This document shows, piece after piece, positions 49,101-62,526 of a stretch of 64,000 nt of DNA (the first letter of the stretch is position 1; the number at the start of each line of letters is the position of its first letter). This DNA is from Podarcis tiliguerta. Lineage: Eukaryota. A model generated the notes under the pieces. The model was not told the DNA's origin. It worked only from the letters and a program-made list of their open reading frames with translations, and searched no databases. The position numbers were made by a program, and so were the translations under genes. Location: assembly GCA_965153285.1 (NCBI GenBank), contig OZ229115.1. One strand, written 5' to 3'.

Positions 49101-52100
49101 TGCTGGATCGCTGACCAGGCTGCAATGCTGCCTGACCATCTAAGGTAAGTAAACTTGTCTACCTAGTAGGGTTTTTAAGTTTTTGTCTTCTTTATCAACA
49201 GACGTCAATACCACAGAGCTGGATTTGTACATACAGAAACAAAGTTGTACAGGGGGATCCCACTGATTGTAGCCTTTGCACTGTGCTTTCATCTCCATGG
49301 TTTCATCAGGAAAAGAATACTTTTTATCACACTGCACAGAAATGATACTTCCAAGGTTATAATAAGGTTGTGGTGGATACACACTTCCTTTTAGAATTAC
49401 TGGAGCACCACAAATATCTTGAGAAACTATAACAAGAAAAATAAAACCACAAAATATATAAAATAATGTCTACAAAATTTTAGCCTTGCTTTTATAAGTT
49501 TGTGGTAAGATTCAAGGTATTACCATAATATCACCTACCTGAATTTTGAGTAATCTATGAAAGTAAATCACAAAATGCAGTTTACTACTACTCTATTTTT
49601 CGCTCTATAGGACACACTTTTTCCCCTCCAAAAATGAAGGGGAAATGTGTGTGCGTCCTATGGAGCGAATGCAGGCTTTCGCTGAAGCCTGGAGAGCGAC
49701 AGGGGTCGGTGCGCACCGACCCCTCTCGCTCTCCAGGCAGCTATCCGGGAGTTCCCGCCAGGCTCCGAAGGTTTGCGGACAGCAGCCTGAAGCCTGAAGC
49801 CCAGGGAGCGCAGCGCCAACTCCCGCTGCGCTACCCGGGCTTCAGGCAGCTATCTACAAGCCTTTGGAGCCCAGTATTTCCCCTTTATTGGAGCCTTTAT
49901 TTCCCCCCCTTAAAAACTAGGTGTGCCCTATGGTCCGGTGCGCCCTATGGAGCAAAAAATACGGTAATTGCTTCATGGCCAAGTCATGCAAATCCCATTC
50001 TTGTGATATCACCAAAAGTAACTTCTGTTCTCTGAGCATTTTCTGAGCAGTCACACATTGGGCAAGCTTGTAAAATAGCCACTTGACTGGTTGTGGTAAG
50101 CACAGCTCAGAGGCAACCAGGCTAAGAAACTTTATCAGGCAGCTTCTTTCTTTTTGGGCATAAATGACTAACAAAAATCAAAGGAGAGGGTTCCCAAATA
50201 TATGTAAGAAAAGACAAAGTAACAGATGGGGAACTACCTTCATAGATGACAGCCATAGATCCCCTTTAGTACCTCACTTTTTTTCTATCTTACTTTCATA
50301 AAAACACCGTGCAAAATGTTAACATTTGTTTAATAATATTGTTATAGGTTGCTAGGTGCTATAATTTAATTAAGGCTTGCATGTTAAAACTGTGTATCAG
50401 ACCCCCTAGTGTTAGAATGTAATCAAGAATGTAATCTTAGAACAAGTCTAAGATGTATGTTAGAACCCTTTGAAATGAGCATTTATGAAAAGCTAATTAT
50501 GTCAGGCAAACTTCCTAGATTGTATATTAGACATTTCTAAAGCCTGGGAGATCAACACGTGTCAAGAGCTAATAAAGTCATTTAATTTCTTTTTGAGGTG
50601 TTAGCCTGGGGCACCCTTATATCGTAGACTCAGGTTGTATATTTGTGTAAATAAACCAAATATCATAAAGACACCCTAGGCTCCACTGTGCTTCATTTTC
50701 CAAAAGGAAACACAGACCCTAGATAAGTGTCTGGTACTCCCTGGACTCTGGCACTGCTGTGGTGTTTAACAATGTTATAATATTTACATTTATAAAGTCA
50801 CAATAATATGACATCTCCTTTGTTTCTTCTATAAGCTCTAAACCATTTGGATTCAACCAAATAGTTGAATATTACAAAGGACTGTAATAAAAATGGGATT
50901 CCAATATAAAAAAATGAATTCTGAAAAACTTCCTAAGATAATGGAACCTGAACATTCAAATTCAAAACTGCAATCCAAGAGGGAAGAATTTAGACTCCTG
51001 AGCAAGGAGTAAGTATACCAGTATGTTGCTGCTGGTCAAAATTTGGCTGAGGTCTTACAAAACAGAGGACCATCTATGATTGATTCTCCATTCTGATTTT
51101 GATGAAATATGAAATGAGATTTAATCCTGGAAATCTTGTCAGTTTATAATCTGTATTGTTTGTAGAATTTCTTTGTTTTATAAACAGTGGCCACAGCTTT
51201 GAAAATCTATTTGTATTTTGTAATTTTGTATGCTTTGTACACATATCTACACATGTTCTCATATGTTCAAGTTCTAATAATTATTATTTCTGATATCTTT
51301 CATTTGAGTTCATATGACTTTGGCTTTTGTTACAAATAACTAACATACATCTGTGGGACTAGTGAGGCTAAGTAAGCTCTCTTTAAGCTATCTGTTTCAA
51401 CATACAGTACTTCTTTGCATGCCTACATTTGGGAATGTGCACACCCTAGGCATAAATGCCATTTTAAATGGCTTCTTCTTGTTGAATGCAGAAACATAAA
51501 TGCTAATATTTTTCTTTTTAAAGAATTCTTACCCTTTTTGCAGTATGGCACTTTAGGGATCCAAGTATTGTTCGCCTCACATCGAATGAAATAACTTCCG
51601 ATCATGAAGTATCCAATTTTACATTCAAATGTAATATTGCCGCCAAAGTTATAGGAATCTTTAAACTCACTTATCTTCTTTATTCCATCCTGAAGTACTG
51701 GATCCGCACATATAATCACTGAAAGCAGAAAGTAATATTAAAAATCAAAATCCCTTTGAAAACAGAATCCTTACATTTCTACGTTATTACAAGTTATTTT
51801 TTCTGCTGAACTTTACTAAAAAATAATATATTCCGTCATCAATCTAGATCTTTGAAAATGAGACTATAAATGCTTTTCTGGGAGACTGCATAGAACACAT
51901 GATGAAAAAAAGCTCCTGCTATCTTAAGGCCCCTTCCAACAGGTGTTTTCTGTTTGAGGAATACACATTATTTTAGTAATGGTTGCTGCAAATCAAAGGT
52001 CTCCAAAATTAGTCCCATCTGCTGAACTAATCCTTAGAAGGATCCAAATATATTCCCTCCAATTAGCACTTACACATACAGTATTCCTAGCAATCAAACA

Positions 52101-55100
52101 GTTTATGGGAAAATTATCTCTCCAACAAGCACTGCCATGTAGCTGTGGCTATACCGCAGCATGTGTGTGAATCAAGAGAGATGAAAGACATTATTACACA
52201 ATCCACACAACATTTTCAAACTTTCTTTAAGAAGGAAAATAAAGCCCTCTCTGAAGCACAGCAAATTCCTCTGTGCCATACCAATAGAAGTACATACTGG
52301 TGGAAATTATTCACTTTGTTAATGGGCAAGAGTTATCTTTCCTGCTTTTAGACTAACAGGGACTAAACCATAACCCAATATTAAACAGATAATTAAAAAT
52401 GAAGCATTGTTATGTTTTTAATATGAAGTAGTGCTTTACTGTACTTCTCACTAGTCTATAACCTGACTAAAAGATTCTATCTCAGAAAGTGAGGAGAAAA
52501 AACAGCCTTTTATGAAAAGTGTTATAACATCCTACCTCTATCCAGAGAAGAAAAATCCATGTTAATTTGACCAGTTTACTTTTCTCTAGTGGGAATGCAT
52601 CCAGCCACTGAATGTACAATGATAATTGGGTAGGCTTTACAAATGGGGATGATGTCACCCATTCTGTATGAAAAAACACCTGACTTTATTTTACTGCAAG
52701 GGGTATGTGGAATAGACACACTCCTGTACACTAAAATCCTGGGTAAAATCCTTGTTTTCTGTGATTCAGCAATCACTTTTCTAACAATTAATGAACCAGG
52801 AAGGCTAAATGCTTTAGCCTTTTCCTAAATATCAATAATTGCTATGATTTCATTCATTGGTTAAAACTGTATAAGTCGTGCCAGAAGGCTTTTTACACAC
52901 TAAAAAGTAGACAAAATGAAGTCTGGACATTTTGACTTTTATCTCAAATTCTTAAAAAAATGTAAGATGGGAAAGGGATGCAACAATACAGCAGAACTTC
53001 CTGACAAGTGAACAGGTTTTGTTTTTTATAATCATCATGAAGGAAAAACTGGTATATATATAAAAAATAACCTTGGCATCTCGGGGGTTTACTGCTCCAC
53101 AGTGGTTTATTAGTTTTATCAACATCACAGTATATAATAGGTTCTCCAATGAGTGAGAGAGTCTCCTTGCAGCTGTATTTGAGCGCTGTTCCATAAGGAT
53201 AAAGAGATGCAGTTCCGTTGTGGGATCCACCAGGAATGTCTGGAGGGTCTTTACATACAGCTCCTAAAAGAAAACTGAATAATTCAGCAAAATGATAGAA
53301 CTGTCAACAGTATACTGTTGAAAAATCCAAAACATACCGTGTAACAACTACTATTTTAAATATATTTATTTAGAAGTGATATATTTTAAATGCCTATTGG
53401 ATTTCTCAGTTTAATTTATTTTTTATTTTACCAAAAATGAACAAAATCATAAGAAGAGAGGCTCACATTTTGGCAGCAGGGAATTACCATTGGTTGTGAT
53501 TCTCTGAGTCATTCTCTGGGGAGTTGCACATACAGGAACACATCTGCAGTTCTGTGCAGACAGGAAGACTTATTGGAAGTACTGAAATACACTCAAGATC
53601 CTGGCTTATTTTCCTGTTAGATTAATAGAAAGTAAATCAGAAGTTCCTGCTTCTTATGTTAACAGAGAACTCTGCCTTAATAAAGCCAGGATCTTCATAC
53701 TGAAATTGATGCACAGCCAGGGAAGGAGGAGAAGAGGGAGAGGGGAAGATGCTTGGATCCAGCGCTCCTTCCCAGCTTCATAGAATAATGGTCAGAACTG
53801 CCCCATTAATTTTCTGCAGCTAATGTTCCTTACTGCACAACGCGATGCATAGCCACTTGAAGAGTAAGCTCAAGATAAATGTGCACATTTAAGTGTATTT
53901 AAACCTAACCTTTGTTATTATACCACATTTTAAGTTACACTGATAATCTGCCTTTTATCATCATGGAACTCAAGGTAGCACGAATAGGGTAAGTACATAT
54001 ACTGTCCAAGCACTGAGCAGATTCCAGACCAGTTGAGTTTTCTATATCCAAATACCTGCACATGCAAACATTCTGTTTTATACTTTTTCATGAATGAAGA
54101 ATGCTATTACTGTTGAGGAATATCTATTTAGATCTCTATATGTGACCCTACTAACAATGTACACTAAACTTTACATGCAATCTGAATCTTATTCCTTATG
54201 GAAACACAGGGAAGATACTACGATAACTCATGACACCAGAACCTTGATGGACTGGTGGCTGATGTAAGCCATGATGCATTCTGGAACATAACCTCCTTTG
54301 TGTTCCCTACCCACCAGGCCCCAATCTAATTCTCGTCTCAACCGAATGCTACATGACATGTTGTACATACTCTCAACAAAGTTTTAAGATAACAACGTTA
54401 AGTGTGTCCTTTTTCCTTACACTAGCAACAATAATGGAGCAGGGCCCTTTGTCTTGTCAATCAATCAATCCTATACAGGGGGGTGCCTGTATAGGCCCAA
54501 AAATGTGGACTAAAGAAGAAAGTAATTTGTGGGGCGCTGGAACGTAACCCTTGTGTAGGTGGGGAGTCGTCTGTACAGCCAGCAGCACTTACCTTCTTCA
54601 AATGCCTTCTGTATGCCTTTGGGTGTATCTGTATATATAATCTCACAAAGTTCTCCCTCTTATCTGATTTAACCTATTCTTAGACGTTTTTAGCAAATTC
54701 TTTTGTGAAATTTTCTAGACTGGGATCTGCCATAGCCACTTTGAGAGTTTTTTGTTTTACAATCAAGCTGTGTAAATTTTATGAAATAAAAAAATCGTTA
54801 CCATAGTCTCTGTCAGTTAAACGCTTGTAATGACAAAAGCCATTTACAATTGACGAGACATTATTTCTTTACTCGTGGCTGAATTAACATTACCTAAAGG
54901 TTCGTGTTGTTTAAAATAGCTTAAGAAAGTGCAAACCAGAAAATTATCAACAAGAAGCAGGGCGGGATTCAATGACCTCTGGGTGCTCAACGTTCCGTGT
55001 AATTTAGATATAGGTTGATTAGTCTAAACTTAGAAATCTCATTTAGACATCTACAATAGCATTTTAAATAACAAAACTGTAAACCCTATAACTAACATTT

Positions 55101-56509
55101 TTTATTTTCTTTATTTGTATTTTATGCATAACGTACTACATTTTGAAAATGCTTGAGGAATTCATTCTTTGCAAATTCCAGTTCCTAACTTGCTGGATTC
55201 ACAACTTGCAGACTAATGCAAGGAATCAGAATAAAGTTGTCCTTCAGATTTTGCACTCCAAAATTTCAGATGTGATTTTTGATTAAAAAAAACACATGAA
55301 AACACAACTTTAGGATAAAATATGTTTTGAAATGTATGATTCGTCCCTGTATTTCTCTTCTTTTCTTATCTGTTTAATATGAGCTTTTTATGGATAATCT
55401 ATGTTGTAATTTTATTAAAATTAACAAAAATATAAAAAAACAGAAAAAGTAATGCATCTTTTTGTGAGAATATACATGCTTCAATATGTATTTCCATGTG
55501 GCTATTTTTAATTAGCAGGTTACTATAGAAATGAGACAGAACAGACTTATGAATAGCTGTGAAACAAGCACAGAATAGGAACTAACTAATTTGCTTATTT
55601 TAATGACCATGCTTACTAAATTTTAAGGCAAATTCATAGCCCAATTGTCCCACTGATTTCAATATAGGGCTTTCTCCTAAGGAAGTGTTCATAGGAATGC
55701 AGCCTTCAGGTGCAATCCTCTATATCCTACCTGGGTACAAACCTCCACTGAACACAGTGAAACAGATTCCCAAGAAAACAACTGTGCTGTTAATCACAAA
55801 AAGTATCACTCCAAATTTGTAAATAATTTACGCTACTTACGCACACAAAGTGGAGGTGGATTATCCCAGTGAACATCACTTCCCTTTGCCAGACATCTGT
55901 TCCAACGTCTCCCAATCATTGTGTATCTGAATGCACAAGATAAAAAATCCAACCAAGTGATGCTCAATCCATACAAATCAGAAGTACAGTTGGAAGGCAG
56001 TTCATAGAGCGGTGCTGTTCAGGTCTACTCCAATCTAGACAAGGTCATACTGCCCTTAAAATATCAAGATTGAAGCTGGGAGGTACTGCTCGATCTAGCC
56101 CTGATTCTTCATGTCTTCTATGCTTACGGTAGTTTTTTAATCTCTTGCTAATTATGCTGTTTTAAAAGTGTATTTTATATTGAACTTCTTTTTACTAATG
56201 TTTTCTTCTAAAATGTTTAAGATAAAAAATTGTTAACTTTGCTGTGTTAAATGTGCATTCTGTAGTCAACCTCTTTCATAATGTATTATTTTGAAATTTT
56301 TAGGATTATATTTAAGTTTCCTGTTAATTATGCTGCTTTGAATGTATCCTAGATGTTTTTCAGTAATGTTTTATTCTGTGTGTATGTATGAAACTCTATT
56401 TTCTCCCTTTTTTAATTGTTTTTATTTTTATCTGCAAGCCACCTTGTCCCTTCCCAGGGTAAAAGGCATGGTATACATAATAATGAAATTTATAATGATT
56501 ATGATAATA

Positions 56510-56546
<37 letters not shown>

Positions 56547-59262
56547 TATTTAGATTCTCCTCCTAAACTTAACTGCATCTTCAGTTAAAAAGTACTGCCA
56601 ATTTTACTAGTTTCTGAAAAAACAATTAAGAGCAAAAGTATATTGGAAATGTTATTGGTGGCCTTTAATGGTGTTTCCTTACCCTTGAATACACATATAT
56701 AAAATTCTTGCTCCAAAGGTGTATTCTGAATTAAATGAGAAAATACTTCCATCTTTTACTGGTGTTGGTGGCTCACAAGCTTTTCCTGAAAAGAAACATT
56801 CTTGAATTAAACATACAAAACCAGAAAAAAACAAAGAAACAATATTTTTGACAGGTCTGCCATTAATAAAAGGAGAACAGTTTTGACAAATTGCATTAAA
56901 AACATGAAGGAAAGCAAACTATATCTAAGATAATGCATAAAACAACGTAGTAACATACAAGATCTCTTCTGTCTGCAGTTCACAATCCTAGCAAATATCC
57001 TTTTTAAAACCAAGTATTATTCCGAATATATTTGCCAGGATCATTAACTACACATAAAAAATACTGTAATGTCAATGATCACCATGCGAGAGATCTTCAA
57101 AGTGCCATACTTTGTTATTTTACATTTTCGTTCACATATTTTAACAAAACTGTTCAAACAGCCCCTCACTGCTCTTTGAACCATCAACTGAACTTCAACT
57201 GCTGACGTTCACCATCTTAAAATCTTATGAAAGCATAGATCAGCAAATGCAATGAGTAAACAAACCAATCTCTTGCACATCTTGAATAAGAATTTTGTTT
57301 CTGGATGCCTTTCCAGTGGAAGTGGGCATCACTCATACAGTGGTGCCTCGCAAGACGAAAAGAATCCGTTCTGCGGGTCTTTTCGTCTTGTGGTTTTTTC
57401 GTCTTGCGAAGCAAGCCCATTGACAGATTAGCGCTATTAGCGCTATTGACAATTTCAGGGCTAAAAACGGCTTTTTAAGGCTTGGGGGATTAGCGGTTTT
57501 GCTGCTAAAATGCTTTTAGCAGCTTAGCGCTTCAGGAAAAGGGGTTTTGGAGCGGGAAAAAAAAATCAAAATTTTTCATCATTTTTCGTCTTGCGAAGCA
57601 AGCCCATAGGGAAATTCGTCTTGCGAAGCGCCTCTGCAAACGGAAAACCCTTTCGTCTTGCGGGTTTTCCATCTTGCGAGGCATTTGTCTTGCGGGGCAC
57701 CACTGTATTGATTTAATCTTCCACAGAAGATTAGTACAAATAAAAAAAGTGATAGTACTGCACTATCACCTGGGTGGAGGAGGTGCTGCATGTTGTGAAG
57801 AGGATGCTCTGTGTGAAATATCCTGCCATAGGGTTACAGCATAGTTGTAACAGATGCCACAAAATTACTTAGCGTTAGGTATTTTAAAAACTTTGCATAA
57901 AATCTGGGATGTTTGCTTCTTTCATCTCTACAAGACTGCAACTTGCTATTCTTGACAAATTCAAAATCAAGATATTTATTCTTCTCTTGCCTGGCTGCCT
58001 CATCATGCAAAACTCAGCACAGATTAAGGTGGTTATGTAGTTAGTTTTTTGTCAGAAATAGCACTTGCCTTGTTACTGTAAAAGCAGTTATTTGTATAGC
58101 AAGTGTGCTGTAGGGGTTGGAGTGTTGAGGTAGGAGTAGGCAGGTCAAAGTTCAAATCTCCTTTCAGACATGAAGCTCACTGGGTGACTTAAGGACAGTC
58201 ACTGTCTCTCAGCCTAACCTAAATCTACAGGATTTGTAGGATAAAATAGAAGATGAAGATGAAGAAAACCATGTCTGAAGAAAAATACCTATATGATATT
58301 CTGAGCTCTTTGAAGGAAGGGTTAAATGTAAATGTATCAAGTAAAACAGCTGCAGCATTTACATTCCCTAGCTCAAACATGTTTCAAACTGAGTCATATG
58401 GCTACTTTTTATTTCCCTGTTCACCAAACCACCAATATGTCTTTGTGGCCAAAACCAAAAAACCTTTCATCTTAATAATGTCCAAGGACCTGCATGTTCT
58501 GGGGACTTTATCTTTTTAAAAACAAAGTCCGGTTTTTGTTCATAAATACCTGCAAATCATTACAATAAATCAAAAGCAAAAGAAGGTTTACCTCTACAGA
58601 ACTTTGCAAGCGGTGACCACGTCATATTTTTACCACAGGTAATAGTATTCAAGATACCAGGAACTTGTTCAAATCCTGCCTTACATACATAGTGTACTAC
58701 CATCCCAACAGGAAACAATACTGAAGTTCCAAACTTATCTTTTAGTTTAGCTCTAGTTTGCTTTGGTGGAAAGGGGCAGACTTCTGCAAACAAAAAGCAA
58801 TATAACAACTTATGACACCATGTTAGAAACTAGAATAATACAAACGTCAGAATGTTAGAAGATTCACCACTGTTAACAGACTGCCTACATCCTGCCCGCT
58901 TTCCTGTTTTATCACATGTATATACAGTGGTACCTCGGGATACGAACGGGATCCGTTCCGGAGCCGCGTTTGCATCCTGAACAGAACGTAAGACGCGACT
59001 GCGCGTGTGCGGGTTGCCACTTCTGCGCATGCATGTGACGCCATTTTGACTGTCTGCGCCTGCGCGAGTGGCGAAACCCGGAAGTAACGTGCTCCGTTAC
59101 TTCTGGGTTGCCGCGGAGCGCAACCTGAAAATACTTATCCTGAAGCATATTTATCCTGAAGTATGACTGTACACACACAAAAACCAAGCAGACACAGCAA
59201 TCTTATTGTTATTAGCCACCCTGAGCCCGGCTTCGGCTGGGGAGGGCGGGATATAAATAAAC

Positions 59263-59309
<47 letters not shown>

Positions 59310-62300
59310 CTATGGAGTTCAATGAACTGAAAGATTAAGACCACAATCTATGCATGTTTACCAGCCACAATAGTGGGGTCAGCATGGTGAAAACACCACT
59401 ACAAGCACCAGATTGGTTGTCGGTGCATTTGTAGTGCACCACCCTCCTCCCACTCCTGATTTAGTGCAGCAATGCTGGTGATGGAAGGTCAGGTAACTGC
59501 TGTCACTCTGCCAACTGGTGCTGATATTTACTCAGAAATAAACAGCCAGGTAAGTGCATACAGGAATACAGCTTAAATGTGCAATTTTCTGCTTGAAACT
59601 GGGAAAATCTAGATGACAGAACTGGCATAAGGAAAGTATATTCCATTTATCTTAATGGGGGGGGGGGAAATAGGCTGCAGCTGTTGATCTGACTGCTGTG
59701 GAAAAAAATAGCATGACCATCAGCCAAGTGGCAAGCAATAGGATAGCTCCAATACCTTCATCACTTAGCTCCCTTGCCATGCCATCCCCTCAAGCCCAAA
59801 GCCCTCATCTTGTTTGTTTTTGGTTTTGACTGTCTGAATATACTGCCTTTCTGTCAAGTAATCCAATGCTCTGGCCATTTGTGGAATTTGCCAAGAACAA
59901 TAAACCCATGATCCAGACCACATTCAGCGACCCCTGCTTCATCTTCAGTGCCTACTGCTGGAGGCTTCCTGCCACACCTTTAAGAGGTCCAGAAGAAACT
60001 TATTCAACACTTGAACTGTGCTAACAAAGCCTACAAATGCAGAACAAAATGGCATCAGCAGAACATATCCTGCTGTTTGAGATGAAGTATGAAACTCCAC
60101 ATAACATGTCTGATCCAATTTTTGCTATGCTAGATCATCAATAACAGAAGCTTTCCCAGATGTCTGGGGAAGGAAATGGTGAACTCAGTCAATGGTGAAC
60201 ACCTCCAGTCAACAGCTCGTTGTAATTGTTGATAGCCAAGCTGTAAATCTTGGCAGTCAAATTCGCTCTGGGAAAAGAGAATGAACAAGGGATTAACCTC
60301 AGGTGCTCTGAAAAAGCAGCTTTCCATGCCGGGACCAAGCAGCTTAAATTACGGCTGAGATGTTATCAGTCTGCCATTTGAAATTTACATCTGGATTGTG
60401 AGCTAACTGCTGGCTGAAGAAGAGATGATTACCAAAAGACAGAAAGCAAAACGAAAAGCATGTTTTAATTATTTGCAACTAAGAAAATGTTAGATAGCCA
60501 AATGGTATCCCAATTGCTAGAAATCTTTATTTTATTTTACTTTTTTATTTTAAACTCTCTGTTTGATCAATGGTGCTGACTTCAAACTGAAAAGTATTTT
60601 TTCTATGTCACTGTGGGAAAAGAATACGGCCCAATAAGGAATCCTGTGAAGACGGGAGACTGAAGCTCCTAAGGTAGAGACTGTGGAGATCTTAAGGTAG
60701 AGACTGAGCTGTTAATACAACTAAGACCATTCTGTATGGCAAATGCATTGTTGGACACCCCATTGACTGTTGGCATATTACAGTAATTAGTGGATGAGCA
60801 ATTAAAATAGATCAGAGTTGAGATACATGAAATGATGAATGGAAATGGACCACAGGAGGATGAAATGGAAAATGGAATTAAAGACACAGAAGCTTTGGAG
60901 AACAATACCAATAAAATGTTGCCAGAACAGGAGAGTGAAATGAAAGTTGGAGGCAGTAGATGATGAAATGGAGAAGTCCTTCACAAAAGTGTCTAGAGGG
61001 ATAAAACAGCCAAAAGGCAGAATTATGATGTTGGAGGAGTGGAATGAAGTCATGGATGGAGAGACTAAGAGACATCCTGAGCTGGCAGGGATAGAGTTGA
61101 AGAGAAAGGATTCTACATATGATTTGTAGTGAATTTACAGGGGAAAGCTACCAACTCATGGAGAAAGAATGGAAGAAGTGGAAATTGAAGTTGTGTTTTT
61201 TTTTAAAGGATGGAAAATCATAGCTTGGTGAAGGACCCTGCGAGAGAGAGAGGGAAGGGAAGGTCTCCCAGGCTGAGACTGGGGGAAGAAAGGTAAACTC
61301 CCAGCTCTCACCTTTTTCTGTGTGAGAAAAGGGTTAAGATCTAACTTTGAGAGCTGACTCTGTATTTTCTTTTCTCTTCTTTATCTAGATTAATTTGCTT
61401 TTCATTGTATTTTATTATGAAAAAGTCTTAACAAAATTTTATTAGAAAAAAACAGGGGCCTTTCTTTATTCTGGAACAGATCCAAGCACTTACAAGGTCC
61501 ACCCAGATTTCATGAAATTCGACCTAGTCTTCCTTGTATCCCAGATAAACCATAACTTGCTATTTTTTCTGGTTGCATGCATCAGTCGCCACCAACAGTA
61601 CCTGTGCAGGGTCATGAGGCTTACTGGATTCTAGTAAACATTCTAAAACATCTTCCATGTGACAGCCCTTTAGATATTTGAAGATGTCTGTCCTATCACC
61701 TTCCAGTCTCTTTTCCATACTAAGCCTAACTAACTCCCTCAACCATTCCTCATAAGACTGTGATTCCAGACCCTTGGTCATCTTGGTTGCCTTCAACTGC
61801 ACATGTTCCAGCTTGTAAATATCCTTCTTCAGCTGTGGTGCCCATGACTGAACAAAGTTCTGCAGGTGCGGTCTGACCAAGGCAAAATAGAGTGATACTA
61901 TGACTTCCCTGATCTTGACACTATACTTCTGCAGCCAAGATCAGCATTAGCTTTTTTGCTGATGCATCGCACTGTTGACTCATTAACCCTATGGTCTATT
62001 AATACCCCTAGATCCTTTTCACATGTACTGCTGGCAAGCCAAGTATCCCTCATCTTATATTTGAGCATTATTCCTGGCTAAGTGTAGAACCTTACATATG
62101 TCTCTACTGAAACTCATTTTGTTAGTTTTGGCCCAGATCTCTAATCTGTTAAGTTATTATGGAATTGTGATTCTATCTTCTGTGGTATTAGCTACCTCTC
62201 CCAGTTTGATGTCATCTCCATTTTAGTAGAGCTCACTTCTAGGTAACTATAGTTATAATCACAACCACAAAATAGAAGATGCTCAACTTTTCTTGAGTCT

Positions 62301-62526
62301 ATAATATTACAGCCACTTTATATGAACAACAATAAGAACAACACACCACCACAGGGGTCTTCCAATGGCGTCCAGTTTCCATCAATGCAATAAGTCATAT
62401 TTGGTTTTGAAGGTAATCTTGTAAAACCTTTTTTGCATTCATATACAGCATTACCAGGTACTTCATGGATGATCTCAGAAAAGGAAAACACTGGTAACTC
62501 CTCGATTTTACACCATTTTCGGTCCC
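40541..62526 (-). CDS. Paralog C (5' partial): 6 CCP + SCR-like + TM + tail RCA protein, CD46/CREM-like membrane complement regulator
   Basis: Exons 62347-62526, 58592-58783, 56683-56785, 55841-55926, 53072-53263, 51533-51718, 49235-49426, 45373-45564, 43537-43563, 42698-42761, 40541-40736 form an intact frame of ~536 codons; the split-SCR exon pair is typical of RCA genes; signal exon is beyond the window. Confidence 0.9.
41270..41560 (-). mobile_element. Old L2 fragment
   Basis: QLVQ..AAKLLTG motif in ORF 41230-41553. Confidence 0.55.
41995..42645 (+). mobile_element. L1-clade LINE 3' fragment
   Basis: Cys-rich C-terminus (C..C...[14 protein letters not shown]) followed by AATAAA and an A-rich end. 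Confidence 0.7.
42698..42761 (-). CDS. Paralog C TM/juxtamembrane exon ([21 protein letters not shown])
   Basis: 64 nt, TTTTAG acceptor, GTAAAA donor. Confidence 0.85.
43069..43103. repeat. (GT)n microsatellite
   Basis: Seen directly. Confidence 0.95.
43537..43563 (-). CDS. Paralog C 27-nt TM micro-exon (S-IFLRLLIA)
   Basis: TTTTCTAG acceptor, GTATGT donor. Confidence 0.85.
44468..44612 (-). mobile_element. Short tRNA-head SINE with a CR1-derived 3' end (Squam3-like)
   Basis: GATAGCTCATTTGGTAGAAC A-box on the minus strand, CR1-type TTGGACTAGATGACC tail. Confidence 0.6.
45373..45564 (-). CDS. Paralog C 2-Cys SCR-like exon
   Basis: [14 protein letters not shown]...[10 protein letters not shown]...[11 protein letters not shown], 192 nt. 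Confidence 0.9.
46256..46447. mobile_element. Tc1/mariner MITE
   Basis: CAGTGGTACCTCT...AGAGGTACCACTG, TA TSD. Confidence 0.8.
47460..48960 (+). mobile_element. Degenerate CR1 fragments (47460-47840, 48215-48960)
   Basis: EYCVQ motif and CR1 3' end GCTGGACTAGATGGGCC. Confidence 0.65.
49235..49426 (-). CDS. Paralog C CCP-6
   Basis: [13 protein letters not shown]...[16 protein letters not shown], 192 nt, GT-AG. Confidence 0.92.
49591..49964. mobile_element. pogo/mariner MITE, same family as 20464-20968
   Basis: Shared TIR and internal sequence. Confidence 0.8.
50340..50771 (+). mobile_element. Possible solo LTR
   Basis: TGTTA...TAACA ends, AATAAA motifs; TSD imperfect. Confidence 0.4.
51533..51718 (-). 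CDS. Paralog C CCP-5
   Basis: [11 protein letters not shown]...[10 protein letters not shown]...[16 protein letters not shown], 186 nt, GT-AG. Confidence 0.92.
53072..53263 (-). CDS. Paralog C CCP-4 ([16 protein letters not shown]...[17 protein letters not shown]...WSSKPPRCQ)
   Basis: TTTTAG acceptor, weak GTTATT donor, 192 nt, open frame. Confidence 0.88.
55841..55926 (-). CDS. Paralog C CCP-3 second half ([28 protein letters not shown])
   Basis: 86-nt exon, TTCAG acceptor, GTAAGT donor; completes the split SCR. Confidence 0.9.
56503..56546. repeat. (AAT)n microsatellite
   Basis: Seen directly. Confidence 0.95.
56683..56785 (-). CDS. Paralog C CCP-3 first half ([12 protein letters not shown]...[14 protein letters not shown])
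   Basis: 103-nt exon, TTTCAG acceptor, GTAAGG donor, phase-2 split after the conserved Gly. Confidence 0.9.
57338..57705. mobile_element. Tc1/mariner MITE
   Basis: CAGTGGTGCCTCGCAAGAC / GTCTTGCGGGGCACCACTG, TA TSD. Confidence 0.85.
58592..58783 (-). CDS. Paralog C CCP-2 (EVCPFPP...[15 protein letters not shown]...[16 protein letters not shown])
   Basis: TTTGCAG acceptor, GTAAAC donor, 192 nt. Confidence 0.92.
58925..59169. mobile_element. Tc1/mariner MITE
   Basis: TA-CAGTGGTACCTC...GAAGTATGACTG-TA. Confidence 0.75.
59264..59309. repeat. (TTA)n microsatellite, tail of an L2-like 3' end
   Basis: Seen directly; preceded by GGGCGGGATATAAATAAA. Confidence 0.9.
61650..62220 (-). mobile_element. 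CR1 LINE fragment
   Basis: [31 protein letters not shown]. Confidence 0.85.
62347..62526 (-). CDS. Paralog C CCP-1 ([15 protein letters not shown]...YECKKG...[15 protein letters not shown])
   Basis: TTTTTAAAG acceptor, GTGTGT donor, 180 nt; not in the ORF track in this frame. Confidence 0.85.

Noticed and set aside
57420-57530. Short TTAGCG repeats, telomere-like or CRISPR-like
   Set aside because: Internal to a mariner MITE; no repeat-spacer structure, and the context is eukaryotic
40541-62526. Assigning the symbol CD46, CD55 or CR1
   Set aside because: Domain number and lineage-specific duplication prevent one-to-one orthology without a phylogeny
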